64,000 nucleotides of DNA from Agrococcus jejuensis (GTDB lineage Bacteria; Actinomycetota; Actinomycetes; Actinomycetales; Microbacteriaceae): the NCBI RefSeq assembly GCF_007679035.1, contig NZ_VEFR01000002.1:349245-413244 (forward strand). The letters are read 5' to 3'. Below the pieces are notes generated by a model, which saw only the letters and a program-made list of their open reading frames with translations, had not been told where the DNA came from and did not search any database. This document shows positions 1-8,214 of this stretch, in pieces (the first letter of the stretch is position 1; every line of letters begins with the position of its first letter). Both the position numbers and the translations under genes were made by a program.

Positions 1-1
1 C

Positions 2-403
2 CTCGGCGCCTTCGCCGTCGCGTGCACCATCCTCGCGTGGGTGCCCAACCTGTGGCTCTTCGCCGTCGGGCTCGCGCTCGCGGGCTTCACGGCGCAGCTG
101 TTCATGACGAACGCGAACTCGACGGTGCAGCTGTCGACGGCGCCCGAGATGCGCGGCCGGGTCATGGCGCTCTACTCCGCCGTGTTCCTCGGCGGCACGC
201 CCATCGGCGCCCCGATCGTCGGCTGGGTCGCGGATGCGTACGGCCCCCGCTGGGCGATCATGGTCGCCGTCGCCACGGCCCTCGTCGCGTTCGCGATCGG
301 TGCCGTGTGGTGGTCGCGCCAGCGCCGCGCCGACCGCATGAGCCGCACGGGCACCCTCCGCCTGGCGGAGGTCACCGAGGAGCTGCAGACGACGAAGGCG
401 TAG
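2..403 (+). CDS. MFS transporter, C-terminal fragment (5' end lies outside the window)
   Basis: The frame is open from the window edge to the stop at 401-403. The translation shows hydrophobic transmembrane segments typical of an MFS C-terminal half (GFTAQLFMT, LYSAVFLGGTPIGAPIVGWVADAYGPRWAIMVAVATALVAFAIGAVWW). Confidence 0.6.
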   Translation, partial: LGAFAVACTILAWVPNLWLFAVGLALAGFTAQLFMTNANSTVQLSTAPEMRGRVMALYSAVFLGGTPIGAPIVGWVADAYGPRWAIMVAVATALVAFAIGAVWWSRQRRADRMSRTGTLRLAEVTEELQTTKA

Positions 404-414
404 CCCCACCAGCC

Positions 415-500
415 GGTCGAGGAGCGGGCGCCCTTCGAGACGGCTGCTCGCTGCGCTCGAGGCCTCCTCAGGATCCGCTGCGCGAGCACGCGTCACGATG
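415..500. repeat. Partial copy of a dispersed GC-rich palindromic intergenic element (CCAGCcGGTCGAGGAGCG...GCTCGCTGCGCTCGAGG)
   Basis: It shares the boxes GGTCGAGGAGCG and GCTCGCTGCGCTCGAGG with elements at 12641-12800, 48100-48790, 52895-53200, 54125-54200, 59575-59665 and 62440-62610. Confidence 0.4.
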
Positions 501-598
501 CTTCACATTCGAACGAATCGGGAATGTCGACGCGTTCGCAGCGTTGCAGTCCTCTGGTCAGCGTCGACCACTCCATCCGCCCATCCGAAGGAGCCGAC

Positions 599-1174
599 AT
601 GACCATCGTCGACCGCACCGCCCCCACCGACCACGCCATCCTCGACGTGCTGCAGGAGCGCTGGAGCCCCCGCGCCTACGAGCCCGTCGAGATCGACGAG
701 TCCCTGCTGTCGAAGGCGCTCGAGGCCGCCCGCTGGAGCCCCTCCGCCTACAACGCGCAGCCCTGGCGCTTCGTGGTCGCCCGCCGCGGCACCGAGGCGT
801 TCGACCGCGTCGTCGGCGCGCTCGCCGAGTTCAACCAGCTCTGGGCGCCCAACGCATCCGTGCTCATCCTCGCGATCGCCGAGGTGACGAACGAGGAGGG
901 TCGCGCGAACCCGACCGCCGTCTACGACCTCGGCCAGGCGGTCGCGCACCTCACCATCCAGGCGCACGCCGACGGCCTCGTCGTGCACCAGATGTCGGGC
1001 TTCGACGCCGACGCCGCCGCGCAGGCGTTCGACCTCGACGAGCGCCTGCAGCCCGTCACGGTCGTCGCCCTCGGCTCGCTCGGCGACGCCGCCGCGCTCG
1101 ACGCGATGCTGCGCGAGCGCGAGCACGCGCCCCGTGCCCGCAAGCCGCTGTCGGAGATCGTGCTGGGCTCCTGA
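599..1174 (+). CDS. Nitroreductase-family protein
   Basis: The translation (MTIVDRTAPTDHAILDVLQERWSPRAYE...SAYNAQPWRFVV) matches the nitroreductase fold signature. A good Shine-Dalgarno (AAGGAG) lies 6 nt upstream of the ATG at 599. The ORF-track start at 524 is probably an N-terminal over-extension. Confidence 0.8.
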   Translation: MTIVDRTAPTDHAILDVLQERWSPRAYEPVEIDESLLSKALEAARWSPSAYNAQPWRFVVARRGTEAFDRVVGALAEFNQLWAPNASVLILAIAEVTNEEGRANPTAVYDLGQAVAHLTIQAHADGLVVHQMSGFDADAAAQAFDLDERLQPVTVVALGSLGDAAALDAMLREREHAPRARKPLSEIVLGS

Positions 1175-1195
1175 CCGATCGGTCACCGCTGACGC

Positions 1196-1253
1196 CTGAT
1201 TGGGCAGCAGTGGTTCGCGACACGCCGTGCAGCGAGCCACTACTGCCCAATCG
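1196..1253. repeat. Palindromic element GATTGGGCAGcAGTGG-N22-CCACTACTGCCCAATC (copy 1 of 2)
   Basis: Near-perfect 15-16 bp inverted arms flank a loop containing GACACGCCGTGCAGC. A second copy with the same arms and a similar loop is at 51876-51934. The element is intergenic, between the nitroreductase stop and the GST start. Confidence 0.6.
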
Positions 1254-1306
1254 TCGTCTTCGCATCCCATCGCCGGCACAGAGGATGCGGCCGTAGCGTT
1301 GCAGGC

Positions 1307-2347
1307 ATGCCCTCCGACTACGTCGCCCCAGGCCAGGAGTACACGCGCGACACCGCGTACATCGAGTCGCGCATCACCGCGGACGGCGCCGACGGCTGGC
1401 CCGTCGAGCCCGGCCGCTACCGGCTGATCGTCGCGCGGGCGTGCCCATGGGCGAACCGCATGCTCATCGTGCGACGCCTGCTCGGGCTCGAGGATGCGCT
1501 GTCGGTCGGCATGTGCGGGCCGACGCACGACGCCCGTTCGTGGACGTTCGACCTCGACCCCGGCGGCGTCGATCCCGTGCTCGGCATCGAGCGCATCCAG
1601 GACGCGTACCTCGCGCGCGTGCCCGACTACCCGAAGGGCATCACGGTGCCTGCGATCGTCGACGTCCCCTCGGGTGCCGTCGTCACGAATGACTTCGCGC
1701 AGATGAGCCTCGACCTCTCCACCGAGTGGCGGCCGTACCACCGCGAGGGCGCGCCCGACCTGCTGCCGGCCGCGCAGCGCGAGGAGATGGATGCGGTGAT
1801 GCGCCGCGTCTACACCGAGGTGAACAACGGCGTCTACCGCTGCGGGTTCGCCGGATCGCAGGCCGCGTACGACGACGCCTACGACCGGCTCTGGACGGCG
1901 CTCGACTGGCTCGAGGATCGCCTCGCCACCCGGCGCTTCCTCATGGGCGACGCCATCACCGAGGCCGACGTGCGCCTCTTCACGACGCTCGCGCGCTTCG
2001 ATCCCGTCTACCACGGGCACTTCAAGGCGAATCGGCAGAGGCTGATCGAGCTCCCGGCGCTGTGGGGCTACGCGCGGGATCTCTTCCAGACCCCCGGCTT
2101 CGGCGACACGATCGACTTCGCGCAGATCAAGGAGCACTACTACGTCGTGCACGAGGACGTGAACCCCTCGGGCATCGTGCCGAAGGGGCCGGCGCTCGAC
2201 GGCTGGCTCGAGCCGCACGGCCGCGAGGCGCTGTCGACGGGAGGGTCGCCGTTCGGCGACGGCACGCCTCCCCCGCCGCCGCGCGACGAGGAGCTCGTGC
2301 CGCAGCACGCGACGCCGCTGCCCGGCGGGGTGGCCGCCTCGCGCTGA
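1307..2347 (+). CDS. Xi-class glutathione S-transferase / glutathionyl-hydroquinone reductase (YqjG/ECM4 family)
   Basis: The protein is 346 aa and carries the Cys-Pro-Trp-Ala active-site motif (ARACPWANR). It shows family-typical segments (GVYRCGFAGSQAAYD, RFDPVYHGHFK). Confidence 0.8.
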   Translation: MPSDYVAPGQEYTRDTAYIESRITADGADGWPVEPGRYRLIVARACPWANRMLIVRRLLGLEDALSVGMCGPTHDARSWTFDLDPGGVDPVLGIERIQDAYLARVPDYPKGITVPAIVDVPSGAVVTNDFAQMSLDLSTEWRPYHREGAPDLLPAAQREEMDAVMRRVYTEVNNGVYRCGFAGSQAAYDDAYDRLWTALDWLEDRLATRRFLMGDAITEADVRLFTTLARFDPVYHGHFKANRQRLIELPALWGYARDLFQTPGFGDTIDFAQIKEHYYVVHEDVNPSGIVPKGPALDGWLEPHGREALSTGGSPFGDGTPPPPPRDEELVPQHATPLPGGVAASR

Positions 2348-2365
2348 CCCTGGGAGGATCGAGGC

Positions 2366-2677
2366 ATGGGTCGGGTGCTCGCGCGCGTCGCCGCCGTCGC
2401 GGCGGGCGTCGCCGTGCTCGCGGGCCTCGCCTGGGGCGTCGCCTCGGTCACGATCCGCATGCAGGACTCGGCGGGAGCGCCGCTCGGCGTCGCGCCGATC
2501 CAGGCGCCCGGCTCGACGACCGCGCCGACGGACCCCGCGCCCACGGAGCCCACCCAGACGCAGGCGCCCGCCCCGGTCGAGCCCGCGCCCGTGCAGCCCG
2601 CCCCGGCGCAGCCGGCCCCGCCGTCGGACGACGACGACGATGACGATGACGACGTCGGCGAGCTCGACGACGACTGA
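2366..2677 (+). CDS. Small membrane-anchored or secreted Pro/Ala/Thr-rich protein with a poly-Asp C-terminal tail (hypothetical)
   Basis: The N-terminus is a hydrophobic signal or anchor (VAAVAAGVAVLAGLAWGVA). The rest is low-complexity (PAPTEPTQTQAPAPVEPAPVQPAPAQPAP) followed by DDDDDDDDD. GGGAGGA lies 8 nt upstream of the ATG. Confidence 0.5.
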   Translation: MGRVLARVAAVAAGVAVLAGLAWGVASVTIRMQDSAGAPLGVAPIQAPGSTTAPTDPAPTEPTQTQAPAPVEPAPVQPAPAQPAPPSDDDDDDDDDVGELDDD

Positions 2678-2713
2678 CACCGGCTGACGCCCCTGCGTCT
2701 CGGCGCAGCCGTC

Positions 2714-2785
2714 TGCGTCGCGCAGGCGATCCGGGTGGGCGGACGGAGGATGCGCCTCCGCGACCCCTGATCGCCCGCAGGACGC
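2714..2785. repeat. Hairpin element family P3 (GCGCAGGCGATCcGGGTGGGCGGA...CCCCTGATCGCCcGC)
   Basis: It is an imperfect long palindrome with outer arms GCAGGCGATC / GATCGCCnGC. It sits between convergent gene ends (2677 plus strand, 2813 minus strand). Related copies are at 3685-3760 and 54566-54642. Confidence 0.55.
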
Positions 2786-2812
2786 GACCGCGACCGCGGC
2801 GGATGCCGCGGG

Positions 2813-3633
2813 TCAGGCGCGCGCGAGCCCGCGGGACGCAGCGACCGTGCCGACGGCGCCGAGCAGTCGGGCGTCGCCGATCGGTGGGCCGCCGACCTCG
2901 TCGACGAGGCAGACGGCGACGCTCGTCGCGCCGACGTCGGCGAGCGCGCGGATCTGGCCGGCGATCGTCTCGGCCGACGAGTCCGCGGGCACCGACAGGA
3001 AGACGACCGCGGCGGGCGCGCCCTCGCGGCCCGCCGCATCCCACGCCTCGCGCACCACCGCGATGCGCTCGCGCGCCGCATCGACGTCTGCGCCCTCGGT
3101 GAGGATCACGCCGTCGCCGAGCTCGCCCGCGAGCGCCAGCGTGCGCTCGCGGATCGCACCGACGAGCAGCGGCGGCACCTCGGCGGGCGGCCAGCGCAGC
3201 TGCACGGCGTCGAGCTGCACGTACCGGCCGTCGCGCGACACCTCCTCGCCCGCGAGCAGCGGCCGCAGCGCCTCGACGTGCTCGCGCAGCAGCGTGAGCG
3301 GCGACTGCGCGCGCACGCCCGCCTGCCCCATCCAGTCGAGCACGCCGTGGCCGAAGCCCGGCAGCAGCCGACCGGGGAAGAGCCTCGCGAGCGTCGCGAC
3401 CTCCATGGCCTCGAGCGCGACGGTGCGCAGCGGCACGGGCATGAGACCGATGCCCACGCGGATGCGGGGCGTCCAGGCGAGGGCGGCCGCCGCGGCGGCG
3501 ACGCCCGACTCGGCGAAGCAGTCCTCCCACACCCACAGCTCGTCGAGCCCCGCGGCATCGGCGGCGACGGCCACCTCGCGGTAGGCCTCGGGCGGCTGAT
3601 CGGGCGGGATGATGAGGGCGACGTCGACCATGC
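2813..3633 (-). CDS. LLM-class (luciferase-like) flavin/F420-dependent oxidoreductase
   Basis: The translation from MVDVALIIPPDQ onward has typical LLM-family segments (ELWVWEDCF, TPRIRVGIGLMPVPLR, GRLLPGFGHGV). The ORF-track start at 3736 is probably over-extended. Confidence 0.7.
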
Positions 3634-3684
3634 CGGCGACGCTACCGCGCCCCTCCGACGCGCGCGCATCCCTCGCCTCGTCTC

Positions 3685-3760
3685 GTGCGCTGCGCAGGCG
3701 ATCACGGTGGGCGGAGGGAAGATGCCCCTCTGCCACCCCTGATCGCCCGCGAAGCGCAGC
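3685..3760. repeat. Hairpin element family P3 (second copy)
   Basis: Sequence: GCGCAGGCGATCACGGTGGGCGGAGGGAAGATGCCCCTCTGCCACCCCTGATCGCCCGCG. It lies immediately downstream (minus strand) of the response-regulator stop. Confidence 0.55.
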
Positions 3761-3773
3761 CGACCGACGGCGG

Positions 3774-4430
3774 TCAGCGGAAGCGGTAGCCCATGCCGCG
3801 CACGGTCTCGATGCGGTCGGCGCCGAGCTTCGCCCGCAGGTAGCGCACGTACACGTCGACGACGTTCGAGCCGGGGTCGAAGTCGTAGCCCCAGACCCGC
3901 GAGAGCAGCTGCTCGCGCGAGAGCACGTTGCCGCGGTTGCGCATGAGCTCCTCGGCGAGGGCGAACTCGCGCGCCGACAGGTCGACCTCGCGCCCGTCGA
4001 GCCGCGCGCGACGCGTGCGCACGTCGAGCACGACGCCGTCGGCCTCCACCTCGCTCGGCGCCGCAGCGCCCTCGCGGCGCATGCGCAGGCGGATGCGCGC
4101 GAGCAGCTCGTCGAAGCGGAAGGGCTTGGGCACGTAGTCGTCGGCGCCGCCCTCGAGCCCCGCGACCGTGTCGGCGGCGGAGGTGCGGGCCGTGAGCATG
4201 ATGACGGGCACCGTCGCGCCCGAGCCGCGCAGCCGCTCGAGCACCTCGAAGCCGTCGAGCCCCGGCAGGCCGACGTCGAGCACGACGAGGTCGAACTCGT
4301 CGCTCAGCGCGAGGTCGAGCGCCTCGGGGCCGGTCGCGGCGACGGTCGTCGCGAAGCCCGCGGCGCGCAGCCCCTTCTCGACGAACGCGCTGATGCGCAC
4401 CTCGTCCTCGGCGATCAGGATCGACGGCAT
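3774..4430 (-). CDS. OmpR-family two-component response regulator
   Basis: The receiver domain is recognisable (ILIAEDEVRISAFVEKGL...DLVVLDVGLPGLDG) and so is the winged-helix output domain (LSAREFALAEELMRN...VDVYVRYLRAKL, MGYRF). The start is assigned at the ATG for MPSILIAEDE; the ORF-track N-terminal extension overlaps the kinase gene. Confidence 0.85.
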   Translation of the reverse strand: MPSILIAEDEVRISAFVEKGLRAAGFATTVAATGPEALDLALSDEFDLVVLDVGLPGLDGFEVLERLRGSGATVPVIMLTARTSAADTVAGLEGGADDYVPKPFRFDELLARIRLRMRREGAAAPSEVEADGVVLDVRTRRARLDGREVDLSAREFALAEELMRNRGNVLSREQLLSRVWGYDFDPGSNVVDVYVRYLRAKLGADRIETVRGMGYRFR

Positions 4431-4452
4431 CCGCTCCCCCTCGCGCTCGCGG

Positions 4453-5952
4453 TCACGCTCGACCATCCTCGCCGACGGCCGCTGCCGACGCGCCGGGCGC
4501 GGCCCCGGCGGCCGCGACCGCCTCGTCGTCGATCGGCAGCGCCACGACGAACGCGGCGCCGCCCTCGACGGCGTCGTCGACGCGTGCCGTGCCGCCGTGC
4601 GCCTCGGCGATCCGGCGCACGATCGACAGGCCCAGGCCGCTGCCCTCGCGCCCACGGCCGGTCTCGACGCGTCGGAATCGCTCGAACACGGCCTCCTTGT
4701 GCGCGTCGGGCACGCCGGGCCCCGCATCCTGCACGACGAGCTCGACGTGGTCGCCGGCGCGCCGCGACGCGACCGTGACGTCGCCGCCCGCGTGCGTCAC
4801 GGCGTTCTGCACGAGCTGCAGCATCGCCTGCGTGATGCGCTCGACGTCGACCATCGCGACGACGCGCGCCGTCGAGCCGAGCCGCACCGTCGCGCCCTCG
4901 ATGCCCGACGCCGTCGTCGCGACCTGCTCCGTGAGCTCGGCGACGTCGGTCGCGCGGAAGCGGAACGCCTCGACGCGGTCGACGCTCGACGCGCGTTGGA
5001 TGTCGCCGACGAGCCCCGCCATGCGGTCGAGCTCGGAGATCGCCACGTCGCGCGCCTGCTCGACGTCGGCCGGGTCGCGCGCATCCATGAGCTCGAGGTG
5101 GCCGCGCACGATCGTGACGGGCGTCTTCAGCTCGTGCCCGACGTCGTCGAGCAGGCGCTGCTGCGCGGCGAGGGATCCGTCGAGCCGGTCGAGCATGGCG
5201 TTGACGGTGACGCCGAGCTGCGAGACGTCGTCGTTGCCCGTCACGGGCACGCGCTCGGAGACGCCGGATGCGGCGATGCGCTCGGCGAGCTGCCGCAGGT
5301 CGCGGATGGGGCGCAGCAGCCGGCCGGCGATCGCGAAGCCGATCACGAGCACGGCGAGCACGCCGATGGCGGCCGCGAGCAGGAAGACGCTCGCCGCGGC
5401 GTCGAGCTCGGCGAGCTCGGCGACGAGGTCGTAGCCGGTGACGAAGATCGCGGTCGTCGCCGCGTCGCCCTCGCCCACGACGATCGGCACGGCCACGTAG
5501 CGCAGCGTGACGTCGGCGCGCGCGTCGGCGTCGGCGTCGGCGATCGTGCCGATCACGACCTGCGCGCCCTCCGTCTCGGCGGTGACGCGCGCCGCGAGCC
5601 CGTCGACGCGTGCAAGGTTCACGTCCATCTGCACGCCCGGCACGAGCGCCGCCTGGCCCGCGATGACGCCGAGCGCGCCGGTGTTGTCGTCGGGGGCGAT
5701 GCGGGTGAGCGCTGCCGTGAGCAGCGCCTCGGCGCTCGACCAGCCGCCGTCCGGCGACTCCGACGCGAGGAAGCGCACCGACTCGACCGACGACAGCAGC
5801 TGCGTGTCGACCTGGTCGAGGATGCGGTTGCGCTCGACGACGTAGGCCGTGACGCCGGCCGCGAGCACCGCGAGCGTCGCCACGAGCCCGAGGGCCGCCA
5901 CGATCCGCGTGCGCACGCTGACGACCGGCAGTCGACTCCGCCGCTCGCCCAT
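4453..5952 (-). CDS. Sensor histidine kinase
   Basis: It has an N-terminal transmembrane segment, then a HAMP-like region, an H-box (LLDDVGHELKTPVT) and a HATPase_c region (GSGLGLSIVRRIAEAHGG). It lies directly upstream of the response regulator on the same strand. Confidence 0.85.
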   Translation of the reverse strand: MGERRSRLPVVSVRTRIVAALGLVATLAVLAAGVTAYVVERNRILDQVDTQLLSSVESVRFLASESPDGGWSSAEALLTAALTRIAPDDNTGALGVIAGQAALVPGVQMDVNLARVDGLAARVTAETEGAQVVIGTIADADADARADVTLRYVAVPIVVGEGDAATTAIFVTGYDLVAELAELDAAASVFLLAAAIGVLAVLVIGFAIAGRLLRPIRDLRQLAERIAASGVSERVPVTGNDDVSQLGVTVNAMLDRLDGSLAAQQRLLDDVGHELKTPVTIVRGHLELMDARDPADVEQARDVAISELDRMAGLVGDIQRASSVDRVEAFRFRATDVAELTEQVATTASGIEGATVRLGSTARVVAMVDVERITQAMLQLVQNAVTHAGGDVTVASRRAGDHVELVVQDAGPGVPDAHKEAVFERFRRVETGRGREGSGLGLSIVRRIAEAHGGTARVDDAVEGGAAFVVALPIDDEAVAAAGAAPGASAAAVGEDGRA

Positions 5953-5991
5953 GCCCCCATCCTGCCCGCCCCGGCACCGTGCGGCCTGTCA

Positions 5992-6009
5992 CATGAGAGC
6001 AGTCTCATG
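5992..6009. promoter_or_regulatory. 18-bp palindrome CATGAGAgcagTCTCATG in the divergent region between the kinase/regulator operon and the phosphotransferase gene
   Basis: It is a perfect 7+7 inverted repeat, relatively AT-rich for this genome. A near-identical palindrome (CATGAGAGgtCTCTCATG) occurs at 7574-7591. Confidence 0.4.
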
Positions 6010-6052
6010 CAAGGCCAGCGATCGCCCAGCGGCGCCTGGAAGGATCGGGGGC

Positions 6053-7195
6053 ATGGAGTCGCGGCCCGCCGAGCACGTGCTGCTCGAGGAGGCGTTGGGC
6101 CGCCCCGGGCGCCTCATCTCCCGCGACCCGTTCGGCGCGGGCGTCATCGCCGGATTCGAGGTCGACGACGACGGCACGACGCTCACCTACTTCGTCGACA
6201 CCTCGGGCGAGGACGTGCCCGAGGAGACGGGGCTCGTGCTGCGCTCGGGCGACGCGCTGCAGGCGCGCGTCTGGCTGCATCCCGCCGATCCGCGCCTGCC
6301 GACGCTGCCCGTCGCCGCGTTCGGCGAGTCGGCGGCGCGACTGCTCGAGCGCTTCGGCATCGCAGGCACGTTCGAGTCGGAGATCGTCGCCTATCGACCG
6401 GGCAAGCGCGCGGTGCTGCGGCTGCGCGGCGAGGAGGCGGAGCACTTCCTGAAGATCGTGCCGCCCGGCGTCACCGAGCACATCGCGAGCCTGCACTCGG
6501 CGCTCGCGAAGGCTGGCGTGCCCGTGCCGCGCATCCCTCGCTGGGCGCCGCAGGGCTGCATGCTCATCGAGCAGGCGAAGGGGCTCGCGGGACCGAAGGC
6601 CGCTCTGTCGCTCGCGCCCGATGCGCTGCTGCAGGCGGTGGACGTCGTGCGGCTGGGGCTCGAGCGCGCCGAGATCACGGGTGCCGCCCGGCCGGCGCTC
6701 GGATCCCGCATCGACTGGTACGCCGCACGCCTCGCGCAGGTCTCGCCCGAGCGGGCGGGTCTCGCGATGGCGCTGCGCGACGCCGTGCACGCCCGCCGCC
6801 GCGACGTGACGCTGCCCGTCGTCGTGCACGGCGACCTGCACCTCGGCCAGCTCTTCTTCACCGACGACGTCGTGACGGGACTCATCGACGTCGACACCGC
6901 GGGCGTCGGCGACCGCGACGAGGACTCCGCCGCGTTCATCGGCCACGCCCGCACGAGCGCGCTGCTCACCGAGGCGGCAGGCCGGTCGGAGGCGGCGCTC
7001 GCCCTGCACGTGCTCGCCGACGTCGCATCCGAGCGCTGGCTCGACGGCCCGCACTCGCGCTCGCTCACGGCGGCGCACCTCATCGCGCACGCGCTGTCGG
7101 CGATCGAGCAGGGTGCGGGCGACCGCGCCGACCGGATGCTCGACGAGGCCTCGTCGCTCGTGCACGTGGCGCCGAAGGCGGCGAGCGCGGGCTGA
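6053..7195 (+). CDS. Phosphotransferase-family protein (aminoglycoside phosphotransferase / APH-like kinase fold)
   Basis: The catalytic-loop motif VVHGDLHLGQ is present, as is the metal-binding motif IDVDTAGVGD. The ATG at 6053 follows the palindromic site. Confidence 0.7.
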   Translation: MESRPAEHVLLEEALGRPGRLISRDPFGAGVIAGFEVDDDGTTLTYFVDTSGEDVPEETGLVLRSGDALQARVWLHPADPRLPTLPVAAFGESAARLLERFGIAGTFESEIVAYRPGKRAVLRLRGEEAEHFLKIVPPGVTEHIASLHSALAKAGVPVPRIPRWAPQGCMLIEQAKGLAGPKAALSLAPDALLQAVDVVRLGLERAEITGAARPALGSRIDWYAARLAQVSPERAGLAMALRDAVHARRRDVTLPVVVHGDLHLGQLFFTDDVVTGLIDVDTAGVGDRDEDSAAFIGHARTSALLTEAAGRSEAALALHVLADVASERWLDGPHSRSLTAAHLIAHALSAIEQGAGDRADRMLDEASSLVHVAPKAASAG

Positions 7196-7224
7196 GGCGC
7201 TGCGGCTCGGCTCGTGCCTGGCTA

Positions 7225-7565
7225 CGCGGTCGGTCGGTCGGCGATTGGTCACGATCGGCTCATGACTGGTCACGATCGGCGCCTGACTGGTCACGATTGG
7301 CCCATGACTGGTCAGAGTTGGCAGCCAGCTGCGACCAGTCGACGACCAACCATGACCAGTGCTCGACCGAGCCATCGGCGAGTGGTCCACTCGTCGCGGT
7401 GACTGGTCACTCGATCCGGCGATCGGTCACTCGTTGTGGCGACTGGTCACTCGTCGGGATCGACTGGTCACCGATCGTTCCCACGAGCGACCATTCCCGA
7501 CCACGAGCGACCAGTCAGCACCACGTGTGACCAGTCAGGCCCACGAGCGACCGATCGACCGCCCG
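7225..7565. repeat. Minisatellite-like array of about 15 units with a ~21-bp period and core (T)GACTGGTCA(C) or its complement GACCAGTC
   Basis: Examples: gattggtcacgatcggctca / tgactggtcacgatcggcgcc / tgactggtcacgattggccca / tgactggtcagagttggcagc ... The units switch to the complementary orientation (cgaccagtc) in the second half. No coherent protein is encoded; the six-frame peptides are 7-aa periodic. Confidence 0.7.
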
Positions 7566-7573
7566 CATCTGCG

Positions 7574-7591
7574 CATGAGAGGTCTCTCATG
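7574..7591. promoter_or_regulatory. 18-bp palindrome CATGAGAGgtCTCTCATG, about 77 bp upstream of the small secreted protein gene
   Basis: It is a perfect 8+8 inverted repeat and a second copy of the motif at 5992-6009. Confidence 0.4.
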
Positions 7592-7667
7592 CGGTCGTCA
7601 TACCCGCCTCACGGGGTCTCGCGAGAGTGGTGCTCGCACACAGGGAGCACCGAAGAAGGAGACCATC

Positions 7668-8108
7668 ATGGAGCAGCGCACCTGGATCACCGTCGGCGCA
7701 GCCGGCACCCTCGGCCTCGGCCTCGTCGCAGCCGGAGCCCTCGCCACCGCCAACGCCATGGACGTCGACGACGCGACGCAGGTCGCGCAGGGCGGCGTCG
7801 TGGTCGGCGACGACCTCGTCGAGCGGCCGGGCGTCACCATCCGCGTCACCGACGGGCACGCATCCGTCGTCTCGGCGCCCACCGCGTCGAGCGCCCCCGC
7901 AGCGCCGGCCCCCACGAGCTCGGCTCCGTCGGCGCCCACGGCCCCGGCACCCGCACCCACCCAGTCGGCGATCTCGGCGCCGTCGCCCGTCGCCGCCCCG
8001 GCTCCCGCCCCGGCCCCCGCCCCCGCCCCGGCGCCCGCTCCCGCATGGGACAGCGCGCCGTCGGCGGCCAGCCCCGTCTCGCCCGTCTCCGCCCCCTCGG
8101 GCGACTGA
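7668..8108 (+). CDS. Small secreted Ala/Pro-rich protein (hypothetical) with a (PA)n tract
   Basis: A strong Shine-Dalgarno (AAGGAGA) lies 7 nt upstream of the ATG. The signal peptide is MEQRTWITVGAAGTLGLGLVAAGALATANA, and the C-terminus includes PAPAPAPAPAPAPAPA. The nucleotide sequence there is a CCCCGC/CCCGGC microsatellite. Confidence 0.6.
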   Translation: MEQRTWITVGAAGTLGLGLVAAGALATANAMDVDDATQVAQGGVVVGDDLVERPGVTIRVTDGHASVVSAPTASSAPAAPAPTSSAPSAPTAPAPAPTQSAISAPSPVAAPAPAPAPAPAPAPAPAWDSAPSAASPVSPVSAPSGD

Positions 8109-8214
8109 CGAGGGCTGGAGGGGTCGGCGTCCGACCGTCGGACGTCGACCCCTCCGCACTCCCCCGGCGCCGCCGACGCATCCTGCGTCGACGGCGCCGC
8201 TGCGTGCGTCCGGA

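Noticed and set aside
2448-3742. Several overlapping Arg/Ala-rich ORFs on both strands around the LLM oxidoreductase (2448..3536 minus strand, 2847..3584 plus, 3106..3705 minus, 3278..3742 plus).
   Set aside because: These are alternate-frame or antisense artefacts of a GC-rich gene. Only the 2813..3633 minus-strand frame gives an LLM-family translation.
4168-7530. A 1,120-aa plus-strand ORF spanning the kinase / response-regulator region, the APH-like gene and the first repeat array.
   Set aside because: It runs antisense through the kinase and regulator genes, is out of frame with the APH-like gene, and ends inside the 21-bp array (7-aa periodic DWSRSAH translation). It is a typical high-GC read-through artefact.
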